A stretch of 64,000 nt of DNA from a virus (IMGVR_UViG_3300033067_000589:1-64000); one strand, 5' to 3'. Shown: positions 49,482 through 59,343, numbered from the stretch's first letter. The notes: generated by a model from the sequence alone, not told the origin. Translations and numbers: made by a program.

Positions 49482-49658
49482 ATGGCAACGAAGAGTAAGG
49501 TAAATGCTGCTGGTAATTATACAAAACCATCTATGAGAAAGTCTTTGTTTAATAAAATAAAGGCAGGAAGTAAAGGTGGAAGGCCGGGGCAATGGTCGGC
49601 TCGTAAGGCTCAAATGTTAGCTAAGGCATACAAATCCAACGGAGGGGGATATAAATGA
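49482..49658 (+). CDS. 58-aa basic protein, DUF5872-like N-terminal half (not in ORF track)
   Basis: VNAAGNYTKP.MRK.LF..IKAGSKGG.PGQWSARKAQMLAK.YK..GGGYK; ATGA-coupled to the next gene. Confidence 0.8.
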   Translation: MATKSKVNAAGNYTKPSMRKSLFNKIKAGSKGGRPGQWSARKAQMLAKAYKSNGGGYK

Positions 49659-49891
49659 AAAAGCCACAAAAAGATTTAGTCAGATGGACAAAGCAAAAAT
49701 GGAGGACTCCTAGCGGTAAACCATCTGGAGAAACAGGAGAGGTTTATGCACCATCTGCCACGATAAAATCATTGAAGTCATCTAGTTCTGGTAGAGCTAA
49801 ATTAGCAAGAGCTACTGCTGTAAAAAGAAAAGCAACCAAGGCAGGAGTTCAACACGCAAGGCATGGATTACATAAAGGTAAAAAGAGATAG
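49655..49891 (+). CDS. Basic protein, DUF5872-like C-terminal half
   Basis: QKDL.RWTKQKWRT.SGKPS.ETGE.Y.P motif. Confidence 0.75.
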   Translation: MKKPQKDLVRWTKQKWRTPSGKPSGETGEVYAPSATIKSLKSSSSGRAKLARATAVKRKATKAGVQHARHGLHKGKKR

Positions 49892-49893
49892 AT

Positions 49894-50211
49894 ATGAGTA
49901 AAGACCCTAAATTAGCAAGAGCAGGTGTTAGTGGTTATAATAAACCAAAGAGAACACCAAGTCACCCTAAGAAAAGTCACGTAGTTGTGGCTAAGGAAGG
50001 CTCAAAGACCAAATTAATTCGCTTCGGACAACAGGGAGTATCTGGGTCTCCAAAGAAAAAAGGCGAGTCGGAAGCGTACAGAAAAAGAAGAGAGAGCTTT
50101 AAAGCAAGACACGCTGCAAACATAAAGAAGGGTAAAATGTCTGCGGCTTATTGGTCGAGCCGTACAAAATGGATTGTAGCCTTCATATTTAACTTATTAA
50201 TTTTTATATAA
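49894..50211 (+). CDS. Basic protein of the widespread 'KSHVV.AK.G...KLIRFG' phage family (DUF6321-like)
   Basis: YNKPKRTP.HPKKSHVV.AK, IRFGQQG, SFKARH, SAAYW. Confidence 0.75.
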   Translation: MSKDPKLARAGVSGYNKPKRTPSHPKKSHVVVAKEGSKTKLIRFGQQGVSGSPKKKGESEAYRKRRESFKARHAANIKKGKMSAAYWSSRTKWIVAFIFNLLIFI

Positions 50212-50212
50212 A

Positions 50213-51157
50213 ATGGCATCAACAGGAACAATAACATTATCAAACGCAGCACTAGGCAATATATCTAGTGTGTCTGTAAAAATAAACGGAGACCCTACCG
50301 AAAGGTACATATCTCTTAATCAACAAACAGGGCTACTTACGTTTAATTCATTAGATGACGGATTTAGATACACGTATGTAATTTTACTTACATTTAATGA
50401 CCAAAGGGTTGCTAGTGCTATTTTTAGCCATGGCTGCGGAGAAGGTACGACCACTCAAGGCACAACAAGTACAACCTCTGGAACAACAACATCTAGTACT
50501 ACTACATCTAGTACAACAAGTACAAGTACAACAGCATCTAGTACTACTACACCAGTCCCAACCACTCCATCTTGTCAAGAACCCACGTCGGTGACTATTC
50601 AGGGTAATTTAACTCCACTTATTAACACTACTGAAACTTACACATTATCAGTAGTAGGAGGGCAAAACAATACTTACGTTTGGACTGTTAGTGGTGGTAC
50701 TATATCTGGCTCATCAACATCAAATACAGTAACAGTAATATGGGGAAACAACACATCTGTAACATCAAGCATATCTGTATCAGTCGGGTGTACGGGAGGA
50801 AGTAACCCTGCAATAGATTTTGATTCATTTGTACTTGGAGTTCCAGAAACAACTCCAGCACCAACAACTCCAGAGCCTACTACTACTCCAATTCCTTTTA
50901 TTCAGCTATCAATTAGTTCACAAGAGTACTTAACATCAAGTGAGGCTTGCGCTGCACTAGAGGTTACCATAAATATTTACAGAAATAACAATGGTGCTAC
51001 AATTACAACAGGAGTTGGTGTATTCCAAGAATCTACACTAACTAATCCTTATGTACCGGCAAACACAGCGTCTTGGTATTTACTCCAAGAGGGCGTAACT
51101 AGGTATGCAGTGCAAATTAATTCATTTGGTACAATATCACAACTTATAGCTTGTTGA
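50213..51157 (+). CDS. Mucin-like Ser/Thr-rich PKD-domain protein
   Basis: 34 of 42 residues S/T at nt 50447-50572; PKD-like domain; second PETTPAPTTPEPTTTP linker. Confidence 0.75.
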   Translation: MASTGTITLSNAALGNISSVSVKINGDPTERYISLNQQTGLLTFNSLDDGFRYTYVILLTFNDQRVASAIFSHGCGEGTTTQGTTSTTSGTTTSSTTTSSTTSTSTTASSTTTPVPTTPSCQEPTSVTIQGNLTPLINTTETYTLSVVGGQNNTYVWTVSGGTISGSSTSNTVTVIWGNNTSVTSSISVSVGCTGGSNPAIDFDSFVLGVPETTPAPTTPEPTTTPIPFIQLSISSQEYLTSSEACAALEVTINIYRNNNGATITTGVGVFQESTLTNPYVPANTASWYLLQEGVTRYAVQINSFGTISQLIAC

Positions 51158-52089
51158 TGAGATATATATGCGCACAACCTGCTACTCCTTATTTTGAGTG
51201 GCAGGTTGAAGTTATGATAAATAACTTTATCGAAAAGGGCGTGAATCCTACTAAGATGGATATACTCGTATCTTACGATACGGAAATTCCTCAAAAGTGG
51301 CTAAAACTTAGAGATGGATATAGGTTTGTAAACTTTCATTTTTACAAAGACGAAAGAGAACATAAACACTATCAGCCATCAATCTACTTTTATTTACTCA
51401 AGAAACACTTTGAGGCAAATCCTTGGTTAAAGAGTGAGACTTTATTCTTACACGATTCAGACATTTTATTTACCAAGAATTACAACTTTTCTTTCGCTAC
51501 TAATCCGGGAGATAAGAAGTGGTATCTATCAAATACTAACTCATATTTGAATTACGATTATATTCAACAGAAGGGTAATTATATCTATCGAGATATGTGT
51601 TCTATTGTGGGTATCGACCCATTAGTTCCACGGTTAATGAAATCCCACTCTGGAGGAGCGCAGTATATAGTCAAGGATACAAATTATGATTTTTGGGATA
51701 TAGTAGAAAAAACAAGTGTAGAGTTGTATGATTATTTCGTACAATCCGAATCGCAATTTAAAAAAGATAATCCAAATGTAGAGCCAATTCAAAAATGGAC
51801 AGCAGGTATGTGGTCTATACTTTGGAACGCATGGCTGGCAGGGCATGAAACGGTGGTGGATAGTCGTATGGATTTCTGTTTTGCAACATCAGATATATCA
51901 GAGGTGGATAGGGTAAATATCTTTCACAATGCAGGAGTAATGCAAAGTCACACTGACCTTTTTAGGAAGACGGCATATACTCAACTTTACCCATACAATA
52001 TAGCACCAGAACCAAGAAGAGATAGTGCTAGTTGGTATTATTGGAATGAAGTTCAAAAGGTATCAAAGAAAACAGTTTTGGCAAATTAG
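51157..52089 (+). CDS. GT-A fold glycosyltransferase resembling GT96/GT95 protein O-glycosyltransferases
   Basis: YFEWQ, LFLHDSDILF (DxD), GGAQYI, KWTAGMW....AW.AG, FHNAG; TGATG coupling to the upstream gene. Confidence 0.7.
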   Translation: MRYICAQPATPYFEWQVEVMINNFIEKGVNPTKMDILVSYDTEIPQKWLKLRDGYRFVNFHFYKDEREHKHYQPSIYFYLLKKHFEANPWLKSETLFLHDSDILFTKNYNFSFATNPGDKKWYLSNTNSYLNYDYIQQKGNYIYRDMCSIVGIDPLVPRLMKSHSGGAQYIVKDTNYDFWDIVEKTSVELYDYFVQSESQFKKDNPNVEPIQKWTAGMWSILWNAWLAGHETVVDSRMDFCFATSDISEVDRVNIFHNAGVMQSHTDLFRKTAYTQLYPYNIAPEPRRDSASWYYWNEVQKVSKKTVLAN

Positions 52090-52103
52090 TTTAGGTTGAG
52101 TGC

Positions 52104-52145
52104 ATATTGGTGGTTTCATTTTGATTCCACCAATATATTTTTTAT
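52104..52145 (+). terminator. Intrinsic terminator closing the glycosyltransferase operon
   Basis: ATATTGGTGG...CCACCAATAT 10-bp stem followed by a T-rich tract. Confidence 0.7.
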
Positions 52146-52176
52146 TTTTATATGACAAAACAAACATTAAACACAC

Positions 52177-52527
52177 ATGAGTTTATTTGGAAATATAGCT
52201 GAATACGCAAAGGCATACGCATCTATTATTAAGAATATGTCAGCATCTGACATCGAAAGTATCATTAAGGCATACGGAGACTCCATCAAGTTTGATATGG
52301 ATAATCTTCCAGAATCAGGAGAGGGTATGACAAAACAGGTTTACTTAGATAGACTTGACAAGTGCTTGAAGTGCCCATTAAAAAATGGAAACACGTGTGA
52401 TCCAACAAGACAAAGGATTCACGTAGATACAGGGCAAATAGTGAATGGTTGTGGATGTAACTTGGTAGTAAAACAAAAATCACCACAGTACGGATGTCCG
52501 GCAGGAGAATGGAAACCAGTAATTTAA
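52177..52527 (+). CDS. Cys-rich small protein (metal-binding, DUF6171-like)
   Basis: RL..C.KCP....C....GCGC......CP.G.W. Confidence 0.6.
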   Translation: MSLFGNIAEYAKAYASIIKNMSASDIESIIKAYGDSIKFDMDNLPESGEGMTKQVYLDRLDKCLKCPLKNGNTCDPTRQRIHVDTGQIVNGCGCNLVVKQKSPQYGCPAGEWKPVI

Positions 52528-52534
52528 AAATATA

Positions 52535-53131
52535 ATGATTTCAGAAGAGCAACACAAGGAACTTCTTGACGAGGTTCAAAAATTAAGAAAAAGAATAGAG
52601 GATATTGAATTTGCTAATGATGCTGCATTATTCACATCGTACATGGCAAACCTAGATAGACCAACTATCTATCGGTGTATTGAAACAGCAGTAGCCAGAT
52701 ATTTTAATATCCCATTTACTGACTTCTATAATTCATTACTTATAGGAAAAAGAGGCGGTAAAAGCACAAGTGCTAGATTATTACCAGAAGACCCATCTAA
52801 TATAGAAGATAAGTACACAAGGGAAATTATTGCTAGGCAGTGCTTATTTGGTATCTTGCATATAGAATTTCATGTACCAATCCCAAGATTGATGGAGTTT
52901 TATAACACAAATCCTACCAATTATATTAGAGAGTGGAGAGAGCGATTTGTTCGCATATTTTACTCAGGAGGTGAAATGCCAGCTAGGTACGATTTGGTTT
53001 ACGAAAAATACTGGAGAGGATGTTTTAAAGAGGCAGTATTTGTTTCACAAGAAATGGGATTGTATGATGAGTTAATCGAGAGATTATCAGAGGGGAATGT
53101 AGATAAACTCTCAAAGTGGAGGGTAAAATAA
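52535..53131 (+). CDS. DnaA C-terminal-like HTH protein
   Basis: I..AVARYFNIP......GKR....II.ARQ pattern. Confidence 0.45.
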   Translation: MISEEQHKELLDEVQKLRKRIEDIEFANDAALFTSYMANLDRPTIYRCIETAVARYFNIPFTDFYNSLLIGKRGGKSTSARLLPEDPSNIEDKYTREIIARQCLFGILHIEFHVPIPRLMEFYNTNPTNYIREWRERFVRIFYSGGEMPARYDLVYEKYWRGCFKEAVFVSQEMGLYDELIERLSEGNVDKLSKWRVK

Positions 53132-53140
53132 AAATATAGA

Positions 53141-55576
53141 ATGGCATACAAATCAATATTAGACAGAATTGACTACCTAGAATTTCCAACAATTCTTTGG
53201 TCAGAGGATTACGATAAAGACCCGGAGTTGCTGAATATGCTTGTTCAGCACATTTCAGACTTTATGCTATTTAACAGTAATGTACCTTTTGATGATGCCA
53301 AAAACCCATCAGTTAATATTGATATATTTGAAGGGAATACACAGTCTGGAGAATTAAGAGAAGAGTTTGAAGGGTTACTCTATACTTATGGAGAAGAAGG
53401 CCCAGCCGAGCTTAATGATTATAAATTCCACCGTACAGCATTTGAGGCTATCGAAGGTACACTTATTGGTATGCCACTCAAATTTACAATGCACAATGTA
53501 TCTCAAGCATTTACTGATAAGCAACTCACGAAAATGTCAGAGAAAGCTGCTGCTTATATCCGTAATGCAGCTATTGATGCAATAATGCAACAGACAGGAG
53601 AGAATTTAGAGGATTTAAAAGACCCAGATGCAGAAGCTCCATCAACAATGGAAGAACTATTAGAGGAGCTAGATGGCAGTCAGCAACTAGAATGGGTAGC
53701 TACAAGATTACTACTAAATCTTAGCCGAAGATATAACACAGAAGATGAACTACGCAAAGCAAATAAAGACCATTATGTAAGAAATTGTATGTTTGCTCAT
53801 GTAGATACAGAAAGTGCTACACCACAATTAAAGTACGTATCTCCTGACCAAATAAAATTTATCTCTCCTGTTTCAGTCGAAGACATGGATGATCCAAACA
53901 TTATTGCATGGAGTATAAACAATTACATTTCTTTAGAAAACGCATTGAGGAAATATGGTCAAGATTTAGCTGAGCAAAAAAGCCTTCAAGAGATTATTGA
54001 TATTGTTGTAAGGCTTAGACAAAATGGTAATATCAATGGTGCTTATGACCCAACTAGGCTAGCTACAACCTACCTTACAGAACAGGTACAAGGCGACCAC
54101 GGATATTCTGTTACTATCCCATTTGAATCTACCTTTTTCCCTACATCTGACCTAACAAATCATAATGGGGTTTGTGCTATCCTTGAGCAAAAGATATACT
54201 TCAAAGTAATCAAGCAAAAGAAGTTTATCGTGAAGGTAAACGGAAAAAACCCTACCGCTCAAGAAAGGAAAAGAATGAAGTTTGGTATCACAGTGGAGGG
54301 TATTACATATAAAAGGGTTGATGATAAGTATAAGGCAAAGCCGGGTGAGTATTTAATCAAGAAGCCATACGAAGAGATGTGGGAGGCTACAAGGTTAGCT
54401 CATAATACAATTATTCGTGTTGGCCCATATAAGTACCAAACAAGATACGAGAAAGACCAAAATAGAGTATTCCCTCCGGTTATTGGACTTATATCTCATA
54501 CTGAATCTTTAGTTAGTGTAAGTAAATCATTCTGGAAGATGTACAACTCTTTCATGTACAAGGCTGATGAGCTAACTAAACTAACAGGATCAGAAGATGT
54601 ATTGATGATTGATAGAGCACAATCTAATGGCGATGTGAAATCTATGCTTTACAATGCAAGAAAAGCTGGATTTGTTGAGTTTGATTCTACTCTAGTACAA
54701 GACAGAGAGAATCCACTGGCTAGGTTACACATGAATAAAGTTTCATTCTCCCCATCTGCAAAATCTGTAATGAATTATTTAGAGGCTGCTGATGCCATAA
54801 AAAGAATGTGGGGAGATATAGTAGGTATCAATGCTCACTCTTTGGGTCAGGCATCTCCTTATGACTCAAACGGAAAGGTAAATACACTTATCCAACAGGC
54901 ATCTTTGATTATGCGTAGATACTATTATGAGGACTACACATTTAGAAAAAGAGCTTATCAGAGATACACAGATATTGTCAAGAAATTCTTTGGCTCAAAG
55001 AATCAAAACATATCTATTTATTGGGGGCCACAAGAGAAAGAAATCCTAAGAGTTACCAAAGACTTATCTACATACGACATGGAGGTTTACTTGGATATGG
55101 GTACTAAGTCTATGGAAGATAAGGCGTTCTTGGAAAATATGGCTAGCATGGCACTCTCTTCTGGTGCAATGGATGTAGCTACAATGGCTGAAATTAGACT
55201 GAATGAGAACCCCACAGAAGCGTTGGCTATCATTAAATCTACTGCCAAGAAGATGGAAGAAATGCAAAATCAAAGAGCGCAACAACAACAACAAATTCTT
55301 CAAGAGAAAAATCAAATTGATAAAGCTGCTAAGGTCGATGTTCCACTTCAAAGAACCCAAATCCAGTCAGAAACAGATAGATTTATTGCTGAATTGAAAG
55401 AGCAATCTAAGAGAGCTTCTGATAACTTCAAGGGAGAGATGTATGACATTAAAGAGGCGAATGATAGACAGAAATTGTTATTAAATGCAGAGGCTGATTT
55501 AGAGAAACAATCTCAACTCCAAGAAGAACAAGCTATCATAAATGAATCACAACAACAAGCACCACCTCCAATGTAA
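53141..55576 (+). CDS. Portal protein (crAss-like)
   Basis: 811 aa with Q-rich C-terminal tail, upstream of scaffold and capsid genes; WEAT.......G and GIN...LG motifs. Confidence 0.85.
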   Translation: MAYKSILDRIDYLEFPTILWSEDYDKDPELLNMLVQHISDFMLFNSNVPFDDAKNPSVNIDIFEGNTQSGELREEFEGLLYTYGEEGPAELNDYKFHRTAFEAIEGTLIGMPLKFTMHNVSQAFTDKQLTKMSEKAAAYIRNAAIDAIMQQTGENLEDLKDPDAEAPSTMEELLEELDGSQQLEWVATRLLLNLSRRYNTEDELRKANKDHYVRNCMFAHVDTESATPQLKYVSPDQIKFISPVSVEDMDDPNIIAWSINNYISLENALRKYGQDLAEQKSLQEIIDIVVRLRQNGNINGAYDPTRLATTYLTEQVQGDHGYSVTIPFESTFFPTSDLTNHNGVCAILEQKIYFKVIKQKKFIVKVNGKNPTAQERKRMKFGITVEGITYKRVDDKYKAKPGEYLIKKPYEEMWEATRLAHNTIIRVGPYKYQTRYEKDQNRVFPPVIGLISHTESLVSVSKSFWKMYNSFMYKADELTKLTGSEDVLMIDRAQSNGDVKSMLYNARKAGFVEFDSTLVQDRENPLARLHMNKVSFSPSAKSVMNYLEAADAIKRMWGDIVGINAHSLGQASPYDSNGKVNTLIQQASLIMRRYYYEDYTFRKRAYQRYTDIVKKFFGSKNQNISIYWGPQEKEILRVTKDLSTYDMEVYLDMGTKSMEDKAFLENMASMALSSGAMDVATMAEIRLNENPTEALAIIKSTAKKMEEMQNQRAQQQQQILQEKNQIDKAAKVDVPLQRTQIQSETDRFIAELKEQSKRASDNFKGEMYDIKEANDRQKLLLNAEADLEKQSQLQEEQAIINESQQQAPPPM

Positions 55577-55594
55577 GGGGTTGGTGCTTTTTTT
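55557..55594 (+). terminator. Intrinsic terminator after portal
   Basis: AAGCACCA...TGGTGCTT stem plus T run. Confidence 0.65.
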
Positions 55595-55651
55595 ACATAG
55601 ATAAAGTTTATATTTTTGTATAGAACAAACAACTAAAAATAAGTAAAGATT

Positions 55652-56578
55652 ATGCAGTTCGACAACTTACCATCGGAAGATGACGGTTTAATCCCAAATC
55701 TACCACTCGACAATTTTACACCTACTAATGATTCAGTTGGTGTAGGTTACGAAGATACTATTAAGGATATTCTCGAAGATACTAATTCAACATCAGATGA
55801 AGGTGTATCTGGCGAAGAGGGTAGTTCTAGTAATGAGGGTGTTGCAGATGGAGATGATGATTTTTCATACACGCCACCATCTGAAAAAGATTACTCAGAT
55901 ATAATCAAGAAAGAGCTTGGTAGCGATCTTCAAACATTAGGAGAGGAGTTGCCAGAAAGTGCAACAGAGCAGGATTATCTTGATTTAAAAAAGAAAGTAA
56001 CACTTGTTGCTAATACGGTAAATGAGTCTGAAACTTTTGTAGAGGCAATCAATAGATTCAATTCTACCGATGATGAGATTATTGTTTATGAGCTAATGGA
56101 GCAATATCCACTGGAGTCTGACGATGAAATTTCTGAAAGGTTAAATAAGCTCTATATTGATGGCGACAAGGACAATGGATTAACTCCAAGAGCCAAAGCA
56201 CTAGCTGATAAGAAGAGAAAGGAATACCAAAGGATAGCTGTAAATATCGCTAATGAAGCAAAGAAATCAGCCGAAGAAGAATTAAAGAAAATTATTTCCG
56301 AAAGAGAGGAGTCAGTGAAAGCTGTAAAAGAATTAAAGCTAGATACCTTAGAGGTTGATGATGATGGAGATAAATTTAAGGTAGAAATGCCTAAAATACC
56401 AAACTCCATGAAATATGAGTTATTGAATTTTATGCGTGATAACGAAGTAAAAGGCAAAACTCCACAAGAAAAAGCTCAAAATGCTGCGCTATTATTCCCA
56501 AAGACTAGAGATTTGATTCTCAAAGAAGTTGCGAAAAAGGCGTACATTGCAGGGCAAACGAGGGCATTGAAAAATTAA
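55652..56578 (+). CDS. Putative capsid scaffolding protein
   Basis: Very acidic and helical; lies between portal and major capsid genes. Confidence 0.6.
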   Translation: MQFDNLPSEDDGLIPNLPLDNFTPTNDSVGVGYEDTIKDILEDTNSTSDEGVSGEEGSSSNEGVADGDDDFSYTPPSEKDYSDIIKKELGSDLQTLGEELPESATEQDYLDLKKKVTLVANTVNESETFVEAINRFNSTDDEIIVYELMEQYPLESDDEISERLNKLYIDGDKDNGLTPRAKALADKKRKEYQRIAVNIANEAKKSAEEELKKIISEREESVKAVKELKLDTLEVDDDGDKFKVEMPKIPNSMKYELLNFMRDNEVKGKTPQEKAQNAALLFPKTRDLILKEVAKKAYIAGQTRALKN

Positions 56579-56593
56579 TTTTTAACGTAGAAT

Positions 56594-58192
56594 ATGACTC
56601 AAATCAAAATCCAAAATATCAAGCGTTCAACAAAGTTGAACTATGATATGAAATTCTTAGGCAACCACTTGCTCCGTGACGAAAAGGCGGTAGCTAGGGT
56701 TATCTATAAATTTGCAGGTCGTGATTCTTTCATTGGATTCCTAGCACAGTACGGTATCTCCACAGGAGAGCAAGGTGCTGCTGGTGTAGCTAATGAAACA
56801 ATCGCTGAATCGCTGGTAAGATGGAGAATTGTAGATAACACCTATGAGGCTTGCCGAATTGTGGATGTTTCTACTGTTCCTCAAACTATTACAGCAAACA
56901 CTCCATTTGAAATTTCACTTAACGAAGGTTGGGTAGATACAGATGGTTTGCTTTTATCAAGTGATGGTAAAACTATCTTCTACGTAAGAGGTAAGAAGCC
57001 AAACTTGGGCATCATTTCTCAAGGTGTTACATACATCTTAGAGTGGCCTTCTCCAGATCCAGCTTCAACAATCACATCTGAGATGTTGCAAGTTGGTAAG
57101 TACATGAACTACATCTCCAACGCAAAAGGCGAGCGTTCATCTACTTCTCAGGAGATTAAAATTGACCATGCAAGTTATGACTTGTTTAACGTAACTCAGG
57201 TAGTTCGTCACAAGATTTCTGCTTCTGGTCATGCTTTAAGTACAGACATCACAAATGAGATTCTTCTTTATGAAGAAGTTGATTCTGCTACGAAAAAAGC
57301 AATCAACCAATATGTACTTCCATTCTCAGGTAAGTTATTACAGAAACACTTAGAGTCTGTATCTAGCTTAATCTACTTTGGTCGTACCAACTTTGATGCT
57401 TACAACCGTGTTGTTCGTACTCTTCGTCAGAATGGTGGAGGAAACGAAATTCCATTAATGGCAGGGGTTAAGCAACAATTTGAATATACTGAGCGTGTGG
57501 GTGAATATAACCCATTTGACTCTCCGGCACGTAACCTTGAGATTGTAGAGTCCATTATCTCTCAGTCGAAAGATTATTACCGTAAAGAAATGGTTGATTT
57601 CATTGTTATCACTGGTGGTGGTGGTCGTGCAGTATTGAAGAAAATCCAAAAAGAGAAAACAAAACAACAAGGCATCTCGCTTCGTGTTTCTGATTCTGCT
57701 GTTGGAAATGGACAAGGCACAATCGCTGCTGGCTTGAGATGGGATGAAACATACCAATCAGATGATGGTACACTAAAAATCATGAACACTCAGTTCTCTA
57801 CGAAACCACGTGGTTTCCAGATTGACAAGAAGGTTCTTGATGGTGTGGCATACGACATTGATGGTTACGATATGTATTTCGTGCCAATCGGTATGTCTGA
57901 AACTGTAAACGGCGCACGTACAGTTCGGATTGCAACTAAAAAGAAAGGTTCACTTAACCGTGGTCTTGTTCTTGGTTCAATCGCTGGTATGTCAGGTTTA
58001 CATGGAAACGGTATGGATATGCCTAACCTTACTGATAGTGACATGAAATTCATCAACTCAGTAGCTAACCAACAGAACTACAAAGTAGCATCTCCTGTTG
58101 ATGGTGAAGAGTTTATGGTTCTTTCTGAGCTAACAGTTATCGTTGAAAACCCAGATGACATCTACTGGTTGAAAGCGAAATTTGACGCATAA
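56594..58192 (+). CDS. Major capsid protein (crAss-like)
   Basis: N.TQ..RHK..SG.A, AG...Q.E, F.V.TG.GG, AG....Y pattern matching crAss major capsid proteins; strongly biased codon usage. Confidence 0.85.
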   Translation: MTQIKIQNIKRSTKLNYDMKFLGNHLLRDEKAVARVIYKFAGRDSFIGFLAQYGISTGEQGAAGVANETIAESLVRWRIVDNTYEACRIVDVSTVPQTITANTPFEISLNEGWVDTDGLLLSSDGKTIFYVRGKKPNLGIISQGVTYILEWPSPDPASTITSEMLQVGKYMNYISNAKGERSSTSQEIKIDHASYDLFNVTQVVRHKISASGHALSTDITNEILLYEEVDSATKKAINQYVLPFSGKLLQKHLESVSSLIYFGRTNFDAYNRVVRTLRQNGGGNEIPLMAGVKQQFEYTERVGEYNPFDSPARNLEIVESIISQSKDYYRKEMVDFIVITGGGGRAVLKKIQKEKTKQQGISLRVSDSAVGNGQGTIAAGLRWDETYQSDDGTLKIMNTQFSTKPRGFQIDKKVLDGVAYDIDGYDMYFVPIGMSETVNGARTVRIATKKKGSLNRGLVLGSIAGMSGLHGNGMDMPNLTDSDMKFINSVANQQNYKVASPVDGEEFMVLSELTVIVENPDDIYWLKAKFDA

Positions 58193-58198
58193 TAAAAT

Positions 58199-58230
58199 AG
58201 GTAGCCTAGTAAGAAACAGCTAGGCTACCT
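58199..58230 (+). terminator. 11-bp perfect hairpin after the capsid gene (terminator or stabiliser)
   Basis: AGGTAGCCTAG / CTAGGCTACCT; only a weak U tract. Confidence 0.55.
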
Positions 58231-58260
58231 TACTTTAACAACACAAAAAAAAGATATTAT

Positions 58261-59343
58261 ATGTTAGTACCAGTTCATTCAGAAGTGATTACCCATCACT
58301 CACCAAATCCAAAGATTCGTAATTACACTTTAAGACAATCATTCAAGGTTCTTCAAAAAGATGGAACGTATAAAGAGATTTTCTATACGGATGACTCCGG
58401 TAATCCAATCAGCATTACAGTTGGTAAGGACTTTGTTTTTGACCTAAGTAAAAAATGTGATGCTGATAACTATAAGAAGTTGCAGATTCAATTACAGCTT
58501 GATCCAGAGTTGAAGCAGCACATTAAAATCCTTGATGACAATCTAAATATCGACAAGGCAATCAAGTTTGATAAAATTAAAATTCGAGTGAAAAATCAAT
58601 TACTCGACTTGTACGAAAAGGAAAATGAGGAATACCTAGCTAAGATATTCCGAAGAATGTACAAGAATACAAGAGGCTTGACCATTGGTGTAATCTACAA
58701 AAAACTATCAGAGGTTGCAGAGACAGAGCCACAGAAGATTCAAGAAATGATTGATGATGCTGACTTTGAACTCAAAGCACTTATCGACCAAGCAAGAGAA
58801 TCACGTGTATTAGATTATGATGGTGTTTACAAATCTCGTGATGGTAAAATCTTGGCAGGCAATGATGAAGAAATGGTTTATTTACTCAAGCAGCAGCCAG
58901 AGTTTAAGAAGAACCTAGAGGCACTATTGAGACAAACTGCAAAGGTCGAAGCCATTACTCCAGAGATTATTGGAAGGGTAAATGAGGAAGCACTTGCTCT
59001 ACTTGAAGAACTTGATGATTCTCCAGTTGTATTAAATGGGAAGTCTATTGCATCATCGGATGACGACGATGAAGTGAACGAAGATTATACTCCAGAGCTA
59101 ATCGCTGAGACCATTAAGGAAGCTCTCAAAGAGAATGTCATTAAAGTTGTTGCAGCGAAAGGGCCAAACGCAGGAATGGTTAATGTTCCGGGTATTTCAC
59201 AGAATATCCCTAAGAAAACATTACAGGCTTTCTACGAGAACTCTCATCCACAATTCAAGATATTGCTTGAAGAATTGAGGGCTATCGAGTTGGATAGACT
59301 AGAGAGTGATGAATTAGAGAAAACTTTAAATAATTTGAATTAA
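58261..59343 (+). CDS. Conserved crAss-like protein downstream of the capsid gene
   Basis: 360 aa; synteny; 'F.LKALI..A....V....G.Y....G' pattern. Confidence 0.55.
   Translation: MLVPVHSEVITHHSPNPKIRNYTLRQSFKVLQKDGTYKEIFYTDDSGNPISITVGKDFVFDLSKKCDADNYKKLQIQLQLDPELKQHIKILDDNLNIDKAIKFDKIKIRVKNQLLDLYEKENEEYLAKIFRRMYKNTRGLTIGVIYKKLSEVAETEPQKIQEMIDDADFELKALIDQARESRVLDYDGVYKSRDGKILAGNDEEMVYLLKQQPEFKKNLEALLRQTAKVEAITPEIIGRVNEEALALLEELDDSPVVLNGKSIASSDDDDEVNEDYTPELIAETIKEALKENVIKVVAAKGPNAGMVNVPGISQNIPKKTLQAFYENSHPQFKILLEELRAIELDRLESDELEKTLNNLN

Noticed and set aside
50447-50572. CRISPR-like or non-coding tandem repeat
   Set aside because: The CATCTAGTACTACTAC-type repeats are the coding sequence of the Ser/Thr tract; there is no repeat-spacer structure.
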